This document shows positions 1 to 8,152 of a DNA stretch of 64,000 nucleotides, one piece after another. The position numbers were made by a program, and so were the translations under genes. Origin of the DNA: an uncultured Thiotrichales bacterium. GTDB lineage: Bacteria > Pseudomonadota > Gammaproteobacteria > UBA4575. The stretch's first letter is position 1. Each line of letters starts with the position of its first letter. The stretch is taken from assembly GCA_964614915.1 (NCBI GenBank), contig CAZTNC010000002.1, positions 32,575-96,574 on the forward strand, given 5' to 3'. Below the pieces are notes generated by a model. The model searched no databases, was not told the origin of the DNA, and worked only from the letters and a program-made list of their open reading frames with translations.

Positions 1-1788
1 ATTCTGTTCATCGACGAACTGCACACCATGGTGGGTGCCGGCAGGGCGGAGGGAGCCATGGATGCGGGCAACATGCTCAAGCCGGCACTTGCCCGCGGAG
101 AACTCCACTGTGTCGGGGCGACTACCCTGAATGAGTACCGCCAGTACATCGAGAAGGATGCAGCGCTTGAGCGGCGCTTCCAGAAAATCCTGGTCGATGA
201 GCCGGGCGTGGAGGACACGATCGCAATCCTGCGCGGCCTGAAAGAGCGTTACGAGACTCATCACGGGGTGGACATCACAGATCCCGCCATCGTCAATGCA
301 GTCACCCTTTCTCATCGTTACATCTCTGACCGGCAGCTGCCGGACAAGGCCATCGACCTGATCGACGAGGCCGCCTCGCGCATCCGCATGGAAATTGACT
401 CCAAGCCGGAGTCCATGGACAGGCTGGACCGCAAGCTGATCCAGCTCAAGATCGAACGGGAAGCACTGAAAAAGGAATCCGATGATGCTTCCAGGAAGCA
501 TCTGGACGAGCTGGAGGCAGAAATTGCCCGGCTGGAGAAGTCCTATGCCGACCTCGAGGAGGTCTGGCGTTCGGAAAAAACGGTCCTGCAAAGTTCCCGG
601 GAAACCAAGGAAGCGCTGGAGCAGGCACGCATTGAGTTGGATGCCGCACATCGAGCCGGGGACTTGGCAAAAATGTCGGAGATGCAGTACGGGCGCATCC
701 CCGAACTGGAGAAACAGTTACGCGAGGCGGCCAATGCGGGCAGCGAGGAGAACAAGCTGCTGCGGAACAAGGTGACGGACACTGCTGTTGCCGAGATCGT
801 ATCGCGCTGGACGGGGATTCCGGTGGCAAAAATGCTCTCCGGGGAGCGTGAGAAGTTGCTGCGCATGGAACAGGAGTTGCGTGCACGAGTCATCGGTCAG
901 GATGAGGCGGTGCAGGTGATCTCCGATGCCGTTCGAAGATCGAGGGCCGGGATCTCCGATCCACGGCGCCCGAATGGCTCGTTCCTGTTCCTTGGCCCGA
1001 CCGGGGTGGGCAAGACTGAGTTGACCAAGGCGCTGACCGAGTTCCTGTTCGACAACGAGGATGCCCTGATTCGCGTCGACATGTCCGAGTTCATGGAGAA
1101 GCATTCCGTGGCCCGGCTGATCGGTGCCCCTCCGGGATACGTGGGTTACGAAGAGGGTGGCTACCTGACCGAGGCTGTACGTCGCAAGCCGTACAGCGTG
1201 GTACTGATGGATGAAATCGAGAAGGCGCATCCGGACGTGTTCAATATCCTGCTGCAGGTGCTCGATGACGGGCGCCTGACCGACGGGCATGGCAACACCG
1301 TGGACTTCAAGAATACCGTGATCATCATGACCTCCAATCTCGGCAGCGATGTCATCCAGGGGTTTGCATCTGCGGAGGGAGAGGACGCGGACCATTACGA
1401 GGAGATGAAGGCGGCGGTGATGGCGCTGGTGAACACCCGGCTGAAACCGGAGCTCATCAACCGCATCGACGACTGCATCGTGTTCCATTCGCTGCGCAAG
1501 GAACACATCCGCGCCATCACGGAAATTCAGCTGGATCATCTGCAAAAGCGGGTGACAGACCGGGACATCACCCTGGAGTATTCCGAGGCCACCCTGCACA
1601 AGCTTGCCGAAGCCGGTTTTGATCCCGTGTACGGTGCCCGTCCCCTGAAGCGGGCTGTCCAGGAGATGGTGGGAAATCCGCTGGCTCAGGCCCTGCTTGC
1701 CGGCGAGATCAGTCCCGGCCAGACCGTCCGCATCGATGTGCACGGAGACGGGCTGAGCTTTGCCGCCACGAATCCCAAGGCCGCCTGA
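1..1788 (+). CDS. clpB: ATP-dependent chaperone ClpB (5'-truncated by window edge)
   Basis: Frame open from base 1 (ILFIDELHT, Walker B of NBD1); [13 protein letters not shown], coiled-coil M domain, NBD2 Walker [28 protein letters not shown]. Confidence 0.97.
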   Translation: MLFIDELHTMVGAGRAEGAMDAGNMLKPALARGELHCVGATTLNEYRQYIEKDAALERRFQKILVDEPGVEDTIAILRGLKERYETHHGVDITDPAIVNAVTLSHRYISDRQLPDKAIDLIDEAASRIRMEIDSKPESMDRLDRKLIQLKIEREALKKESDDASRKHLDELEAEIARLEKSYADLEEVWRSEKTVLQSSRETKEALEQARIELDAAHRAGDLAKMSEMQYGRIPELEKQLREAANAGSEENKLLRNKVTDTAVAEIVSRWTGIPVAKMLSGEREKLLRMEQELRARVIGQDEAVQVISDAVRRSRAGISDPRRPNGSFLFLGPTGVGKTELTKALTEFLFDNEDALIRVDMSEFMEKHSVARLIGAPPGYVGYEEGGYLTEAVRRKPYSVVLMDEIEKAHPDVFNILLQVLDDGRLTDGHGNTVDFKNTVIIMTSNLGSDVIQGFASAEGEDADHYEEMKAAVMALVNTRLKPELINRIDDCIVFHSLRKEHIRAITEIQLDHLQKRVTDRDITLEYSEATLHKLAEAGFDPVYGARPLKRAVQEMVGNPLAQALLAGEISPGQTVRIDVHGDGLSFAATNPKAA

Positions 1789-2052
1789 CCAGGTCGCATC
1801 ACTCCTGGGATCTGAAAACGGGATGTCCGGCTGTTGAATGAGCCGGTTTCAGGGGTCTGGCAGACCCCCTTCCGGACCCGGGTCCTCGGTGGCGAAACCG
1901 GCCACTGCAGGTGATTTTATGGCGTGGAAATGGGCAAACGATTGTGTCCTGTTGGTTGATCTGGTAAGGCACCCCCAAAATCAACTTAAGTATTTGAATT
2001 TTATATTATTTTATAGGTCATGTCTGCGCCTTTCATGCAAACACCGGAGTAT

Positions 2053-2081
2053 TTGCAGTTACAGAATCATGCTTGTATAAT
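2053..2081 (+). promoter_or_regulatory. Putative sigma70 promoter of the monooxygenase gene
   Basis: TTGCAG (2053-2058), 17-bp spacer, perfect TATAAT (2076-2081); GGAGG RBS at 2200-2204 before ATG 2215. Confidence 0.6.
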
Positions 2082-2214
2082 CGAGCGTATCTAATGCCCC
2101 CGAATGGGCGAGTATCCGTATGGATATGCAGTTCATGAGAGAGGGCAACGGAAAAAGATATGCTAAACAATTAAATTTGTAGTTAACCGAGCGAATGCTG
2201 GAGGTGCATATACA

Positions 2215-3369
2215 ATGATGAAACTTATGATTAACGCAAGGTACTGGTTCGCCCCGTTCCTGATCATCGTTACGATGTTCGGAGTGCTGATGGGCGGCAT
2301 GTTCGTATGGGTCGGACTGCTGCTGCTGGGCGTTGGTATCGTGATCGACACAGCCATGAAGTGGCAAAGTTCCGGTGCAGGATTTGACCGGAACGGCGAA
2401 ACGATGGGTGTGCCCTGGCTACAGAACAGCGTGATGTACGTCATGTTGGGAGTATTCGTACTCCTGCAACTGGCGCTCGCATGGCGTATCTACCAGTACG
2501 TCAATGGCGTCCCGCTGAGTGCCGGATTCGACCATGTCATGTTTGGATTCCTGCCCTATATGAATGGAATCTCCGGACTTGACCTGATCGGTGCCACGAT
2601 ATCCTCAGGCATCTTTGCCGGTATTGGTATTATCTACGGACATGAACTGAGCCATACGAAGGGATTTGCCTTTGTCATTTCCCGCTCAATGATGGCGCTG
2701 AGTGGCAAAGCTCACTTCAGCTATGCGCATGTCTATAACCACCATCTGGAACTGGCGCATGAAGATGACCCTGCCACGTCACCGCGTGGAAGAACCATCT
2801 ACCGACACTATCCATTGGCCGGAATCGGGCAGTCCCGCTTCCTGTACAGAATGGAAAAGCAACGTCTGGAGCGTCTGGGCAAATCCTGGTTCACATGGGA
2901 AAATCGCTGGCTGCGTGGCTATGCCATGAGCCTGCCGACCCTGTTCCTGTTCTGGTTTGCCGGCGGCTGGATTGGTATTGCCTGCCTGTCAGTTGTATGG
3001 CTGATCTCAAACTTTGAGCTCGAAGCCCTCAACTACATGGAGCATTACGGCTTGATTCGAGAGAAGGGACAGCCGATTGACTATCGTCATTCATGGGACA
3101 ACGCAACAGCGTTCACCAGCTGGTTCTTCATCGAGATTGGCCGTCAGGCAGATCACCATGACCGTGGTGAAACCCACTTCTGGGAGCTGGATGACGTAGG
3201 TGCTCCTAACACCGGATGGGGTTACTTCACCTTGTTTGCCATCGCGCTCATTCCGCCGCTTTACCACATGTATATGAAGAAGGAACTGGCAAAGTGGGAC
3301 AGAGAGCGTGCCTCAGAGGGCGAGCGTGCGATTGCTGATCGCCTCAACCGTCAGGTTGGTTACGCTTAA
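2215..3369 (+). CDS. Membrane non-heme di-iron monooxygenase, AlkB/XylM (fatty-acid-desaturase-like) superfamily
   Basis: Several hydrophobic TM segments; His boxes HELSH, HVYNHH, NYMEHYG, QADHH; DPATSPRG motif; C-terminal WDRERASEGER resembles XylM-type enzymes; strong RBS. Confidence 0.9.
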   Translation: MMKLMINARYWFAPFLIIVTMFGVLMGGMFVWVGLLLLGVGIVIDTAMKWQSSGAGFDRNGETMGVPWLQNSVMYVMLGVFVLLQLALAWRIYQYVNGVPLSAGFDHVMFGFLPYMNGISGLDLIGATISSGIFAGIGIIYGHELSHTKGFAFVISRSMMALSGKAHFSYAHVYNHHLELAHEDDPATSPRGRTIYRHYPLAGIGQSRFLYRMEKQRLERLGKSWFTWENRWLRGYAMSLPTLFLFWFAGGWIGIACLSVVWLISNFELEALNYMEHYGLIREKGQPIDYRHSWDNATAFTSWFFIEIGRQADHHDRGETHFWELDDVGAPNTGWGYFTLFAIALIPPLYHMYMKKELAKWDRERASEGERAIADRLNRQVGYA

Positions 3370-3405
3370 GCTCTGATTTCGGAGAACGCAAATTTTTAGC
3401 ATGGT

Positions 3406-3434
3406 CATGTGCCCGGGCTCGTCCCGGGCACATG
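3406..3434. repeat. GC-rich inverted repeat downstream of the monooxygenase (possible terminator or mRNA stabiliser)
   Basis: CATGTGCCCGGG-ctcgt-CCCGGGCACATG, perfect 12-bp arms; no U-tract. Confidence 0.6.
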
Positions 3435-3876
3435 CGCTGAAAAGAAGCGTTGAATGACGGGGGAAAGCCGGGCTGCAACAAGGAGAAGAACCCGGCGATA
3501 ACACCTGCGGTCGATAAGAAGAAACTGGACCACAGTGTCTGCAAACGACTGATCGCTCAATACGTTCTGAACGCGAGCAGCACCGTGGAAAGTCCAGGCA
3601 GGAAAGAATAACAATTTGTAATTATCGGTCTTGGGGCCGACACGGCAAGAATCAAGACGGTAAACTTCAATCCTGTACCCGGTGGGAACAGGAGGAGAGG
3701 GGCTCGGGGTCTGGAAACCCCGGCATTTACAGATATCAGGAGGACGCTATAAACGTTATGTGCGTGTAGCCGTAGGGACGGCTTATTCTATCCTGACTGT
3801 TTTTACTACCCTGGGTGACCGGCATAAGGTAACCCCGGACATAACAAACAACTCCAAACATAACGAGGTATAAACA

Positions 3877-4557
3877 ATGTTAGGTGATCATTTGGCGGAC
3901 AAAATGAAATTTTATGGGAACCCCTCATGCCTGCGCAGCGCGATGTGCATGTTCACCGCTGCCGAGAAGGGCGTGGACTTAGAGGGCCACTTTGTCGATC
4001 CCAATGGAACGGGTGCGGCTGACGTTCAGGCGCTTGCGCCGCACGGCTTGTTGCCTGTACTGAAGGACGTCGATTTTGTCGTCTGCGGACAACAAGGCAT
4101 CATGTCCTACCTGGACGACAAGGGCTTTGGCCCATCCCTGATTCCCCGTAACGGCGTTGTGCGTGCAATCCATTACATGTGGAATCAGCTCGCCTCCGAT
4201 ATCGCACTGCCTGCGGTTGCAGGATTGATGTCCGGCGATGGGGATGCCGCAGCTGCATCAGGCTGCTTCGATCTTCTGAATTCGCATCTGGCATCCAAGA
4301 GCAATCCTGCGCTGCGCGGTGATTTCATTTGTGGAGCCTTCAGCCTCTCAGATATCCACTGGGCGGCTCTGGCACAAGGCTGCATGCTTGCTGACAGCAG
4401 TGATGTGGTGGAGTCCAGACCAGCTGTTGCAAAATGGTGGGGCCTGGTCAAGTCGCATCCCAGCACCAGCAAGGAAAACATCCGTGGCTATGATGTGCTT
4501 CCGACCAAGACGGACATCAGCGGCAACAGCCTGCGTGGTGTCACGATTAATGTCTAG
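3877..4557 (+). CDS. Glutathione S-transferase-fold protein, paralog 1
   Basis: AAEKGV, LAPHGLLPVL (cis-Pro loop), C-terminal FSLSDIHW N-capping box; GAGG RBS. Confidence 0.8.
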   Translation: MLGDHLADKMKFYGNPSCLRSAMCMFTAAEKGVDLEGHFVDPNGTGAADVQALAPHGLLPVLKDVDFVVCGQQGIMSYLDDKGFGPSLIPRNGVVRAIHYMWNQLASDIALPAVAGLMSGDGDAAAASGCFDLLNSHLASKSNPALRGDFICGAFSLSDIHWAALAQGCMLADSSDVVESRPAVAKWWGLVKSHPSTSKENIRGYDVLPTKTDISGNSLRGVTINV

Positions 4558-4847
4558 AAGAGCTGGGCCTCTTACTATTCATTGATCACCGGTTTCCTTG
4601 AAAGCGGACCTGCAGGGCGGCATCGTCCGGTCAGGTCCCGGGGAAACACGAGCAAGTCATTGTGGATTGACCTCGGTGGGAATGCCGGGGCTGATCGTGA
4701 AGTGACGATGCCTTGAGTCCCTGTAGAGGGGCTGGGGGGATGGCGCTTCAAAAAGAATTTACGGGCCACAGGGTTTTCAGATTACTCTGGGGGACTCCGG
4801 TTGCATTATAAATACTCGAATTTAATCTGAGTCAGGAGGTGTGACTA

Positions 4848-5054
4848 ATGTATTCATTCAGAGCAATCGTTGTGATGCTGATATTTTCTGCGGCCGTCTA
4901 CTACGGCATGGGTATGCTGGGTCTCACTGCAGCCCATTCCGATCCCTTGATGGCGCTTGCCGGAGCAGTAGTCCTGCTGGTGGCCTTGATCATCAATGTG
5001 TGGATCTACCTCAAGCTCGCTGGCGAGCATCCGTTTAAATGGTTCAAGGAGTAG
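4848..5054 (+). CDS. Small membrane protein (68 aa, 2 predicted TM helices)
   Basis: AGGAGG RBS upstream; two long hydrophobic stretches; amphipathic C-terminus HPFKWFKE. Confidence 0.7.
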   Translation: MYSFRAIVVMLIFSAAVYYGMGMLGLTAAHSDPLMALAGAVVLLVALIINVWIYLKLAGEHPFKWFKE

Positions 5055-5231
5055 AATCCTCCTACTGAAGGAAGCCATTCATAGCGCGCAAGCGCGATCC
5101 TAATAAAAGTGTCAGGCAACTGGGCCTGGAGCAAACAGACGTTTGCCCCAGGCCCAGCCATCCGTTTTGTAAAAAACCGGACAAAAGGGCGCCTGCATCT
5201 TGAGTCTGTCATAGTAGCGACATAACTGACC

Positions 5232-5900
5232 ATGGGACTATTTTCACGCAAAAAGAAAACCACCGAGAAGGTTCGCCTGCTCGGTTACCCCGGGCATGCC
5301 GACACCTGCAAGAGCCTGTACCTGGCCGCTGAAAAAGGGGTCCAGCTGAATCCCGAGCTCATTGACATCCGAAGCGAACAGCATCCCGATGAGGTGCTGC
5401 GGTCACTGTCTCCTTTTGGCAAGCTTCCCTGCCTGGTTGAGGGGGAGGTTGTCACGTCCGGTATCGCGGCCGTTTTGCCCTACCTGGATGTGCGCGGTGG
5501 TGGGCAACCGCTGACGCCTCGCAAGGCCCAACATCTGGGCACCCAGAACTACTGGATTGAGATCGGCGCGCAGCAGGTGCTGCCGCGGATCGAGGCACTG
5601 GTGGATGGCCAGCCCGCAGAGGCAGCCAAAGACGGATTGCAAAAAATCTTTGATGGCATGGATGCACAGCTGCAGGGCAAGGAGTGTATCGTCGGTGCAT
5701 TTTCCTTCGCGGATGTCCACTGGGTGGCTTACCTGCACCTGTTGCAGGTGGCCGGTCAAGACAGCCTCATCGACGAGCGGCCCAACCTGAAAGCCTGGTT
5801 CGAGCACATGAAGGCCCGCAAAGGCAACCACGGCATTGCCTATACGGCGTTGCCGTCGGCAGCGGAGATCCAGCGCAATGAATTCACAAGGGCTGCCTGA
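5232..5900 (+). CDS. Glutathione S-transferase-fold protein, paralog 2
   Basis: AAEKGV, LSPFGKLPCL, FSFADVHW, RPNLKAWF. Confidence 0.82.
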   Translation: MGLFSRKKKTTEKVRLLGYPGHADTCKSLYLAAEKGVQLNPELIDIRSEQHPDEVLRSLSPFGKLPCLVEGEVVTSGIAAVLPYLDVRGGGQPLTPRKAQHLGTQNYWIEIGAQQVLPRIEALVDGQPAEAAKDGLQKIFDGMDAQLQGKECIVGAFSFADVHWVAYLHLLQVAGQDSLIDERPNLKAWFEHMKARKGNHGIAYTALPSAAEIQRNEFTRAA

Positions 5901-5947
5901 ACTGCCGGGCACGTTGGTCAGAACACCCCTTTGGAGCCACAACCAAT

Positions 5948-6730
5948 ATGAGTAATTTGTTTGAGTTCGGTCGTGCTGCTGACCCGACGGCGAGCAGCCA
6001 GTACGGGGCCAGTGGCGATATGAAAAAAACCCAGTACGTGCTGCAACTGCTGGGATTTCCGGGAGATGCAGGAACGCTGAAATGCCTGATCACGGCGGTG
6101 GAAGTGGGCATGGAAACCGATTGCGGAATCCTTGACATCACGGCAGGTGCCCACGAGGCGGGCGAATACCTGCAGGTCTCACCCTTGGGGTTGGTGCCTG
6201 CACTCAAGGAAGCCGATTACATCGTTACCGGAGAGTTGGGCATCATGAGCTATATAGAGGCCCGGGGCCTGGGCAAGCGTCTGCCACCCAAGAATGCAGG
6301 CCTGCTGGCAGCCCAGAACTACTGGGGCGATCTTGCCTGCAGCGAGGCCAAACCGCACGTGGAGGCGATCGTGCAGCAGCGCATTTATGCACCGATGCAA
6401 GGCGAAGACCCTGATGATGCGGCGGTGGACCAGGCCCGTGCAGGGCTTTCCGCGGTGCTGGATGCCCTGGACGGGCAGCTTGCCGGCAAGGAATTCATCA
6501 TCGGAGACTATTCATTTGCCGATATCCACTGGTCGGCCTACATCCATCTCCTGTATGAAGCAGGAGAGGGGGACCTGGTTGATTCCCGCGCCAATATCAG
6601 GGCCTGGTTTGACCGTATCCGGGCACATAAGAGCTATTGCGGGCAGAACATCGTGGCCTATGACCTGCTTCCGAAGCTTGAAGACATCAAAAACAAGCAG
6701 TTACGCTCGGTGGAAGTGTCAGACTATTGA
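5948..6730 (+). CDS. Glutathione S-transferase-fold protein, paralog 3
   Basis: EYLQVSPLGLVPAL, LDALDGQLAGKEFIIGDYSFADIHW, RANIRAWF; GGAG RBS. Confidence 0.85.
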   Translation: MSNLFEFGRAADPTASSQYGASGDMKKTQYVLQLLGFPGDAGTLKCLITAVEVGMETDCGILDITAGAHEAGEYLQVSPLGLVPALKEADYIVTGELGIMSYIEARGLGKRLPPKNAGLLAAQNYWGDLACSEAKPHVEAIVQQRIYAPMQGEDPDDAAVDQARAGLSAVLDALDGQLAGKEFIIGDYSFADIHWSAYIHLLYEAGEGDLVDSRANIRAWFDRIRAHKSYCGQNIVAYDLLPKLEDIKNKQLRSVEVSDY

Positions 6731-6763
6731 TTATCGAGTACCGGTGGGGAAGAATGGCGGATC

Positions 6764-7207
6764 ATGTGGGGATCATCTAAAAATCAGGACCGTCAGATCA
6801 AGGGTGTCACCGGTGCCATTACACCTTTTGTCACGGATACGCTCGCCAGGCTGGACCCGGAAGAAGACCTCGAGGCAGGCTCGATCAAGCGCCGGTATGC
6901 GATTTACTACATATACGGTGCCGTTTTATACTTGGCCGAGTATGATGACCTGGGCAAGGACGTCAAGGCGGTGCTGGTCACCAACATCCTGGGCGAGCAC
7001 ATGAGCGTCGATCAGGCGACGATTGACAAATTGCCGGTGACCGAGGACCATGCAGATGCTGTCAGGGAAACGCAGTTCATGATTGAGGGGGCCAGTGCGC
7101 TGCGCAACTGGCTGACTACCGGGGAGCGCGAAAAGAACGCCGCGTACCTGAAGGAATTGCTGGACAACCCGGATTGTATAACCGGGGAGAGTGAAACGGA
7201 GCACTGA
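6764..7207 (+). CDS. Hypothetical protein (147 aa, acidic)
   Basis: Co-oriented ORF 33 bp after GST paralog 3 with host-like codon usage; no recognisable motif. Confidence 0.65.
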   Translation: MWGSSKNQDRQIKGVTGAITPFVTDTLARLDPEEDLEAGSIKRRYAIYYIYGAVLYLAEYDDLGKDVKAVLVTNILGEHMSVDQATIDKLPVTEDHADAVRETQFMIEGASALRNWLTTGEREKNAAYLKELLDNPDCITGESETEH

Positions 7208-7313
7208 ATCGATTGAATTTTAGACAGCGCCTGGACATTCGCATAAATAATATTCAGGCGTTATGATAAGTAATTAGCATTAGCGGCAAAAAACAATTAC
7301 AAAGGAGGCGTGT

Positions 7314-7421
7314 ATGTCTGATGGTGGAGGAAATGATGCCATGGTATTCGTGGTTGCAATGGTCTTCGGCGTTGCTGTGATCGTACTCACGTTATATCTG
7401 GCTGGCTTAATTCCTATGTAA
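7314..7421 (+). CDS. Unannotated 35-aa single-pass membrane microprotein MSDGGGNDAMVFVVAMVFGVAVIVLTLYLAGLIPM
   Basis: AAGGAGG RBS (7302-7308) before ATG 7314; one uninterrupted hydrophobic helix; TAA 7419-7421; below the ORF-track length cutoff. Confidence 0.7.
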   Translation: MSDGGGNDAMVFVVAMVFGVAVIVLTLYLAGLIPM

Positions 7422-7497
7422 AAAATGGTTCGGGAGCAGAGGGGCTCCTGGTCCGTATTCAATTTGCGAAAGGGGGGTTGCAACTCATCCCAGGCTC

Positions 7498-7525
7498 GTC
7501 AAATCGGCAGACCTGCCGATTTGAC
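7498..7525. repeat. Perfect 13-bp inverted repeat
   Basis: GTCAAATCGGCAG-ac-CTGCCGATTTGAC. Confidence 0.7.
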
Positions 7526-8152
7526 TCGCGGGGGAGCAGCCCGTCTCCCTTTCCCGCTTTCATAAATCTTTCAGTTTCTCGCCGGAAATCTGGCCGGGAT
7601 TCAGGTCCAGGTGCCCAAGGCTTTATCCTCTATACACGTATATCTGATCATGTTTTGATCACTTCAAAGGGATGATGAGCTGAAGTCCTGGGTCGAGGAG
7701 CAAAAAAGCATCAATCCGTGAGGTATGCCTTCAGGTCATGATTCAGTCTACGGGGTACCATTTGCCTTGATTTCACGGTAATATTCATTACACTTATATG
7801 ACAAGTATGCGGGACCTATAGTGATCCGGCTGAATGGCGCTTGCAAAACAATGCAAGATGCCACTTTCAAGAAGCCTTCAATCTCGATAGGTAGCTGCAG
7901 AGATACAAGAATCAGGCTGTTCAAAGCCGGGATAGAGAGGAAAAGGGGGGATCTGGATTGATACTGACAGCGATTACGATGCCAGCCTCAATTCAATCTA
8001 TAGAACTTACTTCTGTCAAAACCAAATCGTCAGTCACCTGTAAATCATACGACTAGCGGCTGGCACGAGAACAAGAAATTCAAACAAATTTTAGTTAGCA
8101 AGTATCATCGTAACCAATCAAACAAGACTACTTATAACCGGGAGGGTAACCA

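Noticed and set aside
3370-3876. CsrB/Rsm-like sRNA (many GGA) or a ~53-codon TTG ORF at 3450-3611 in the monooxygenase-GST1 spacer
   Set aside because: GGA motifs are not regularly placed in hairpin loops, and the ORF has no RBS or recognisable features
8061-8077. Sigma54 promoter (TGGCACG) upstream of the fadL-like gene
   Set aside because: The -12 TTGC element is absent at the required spacing
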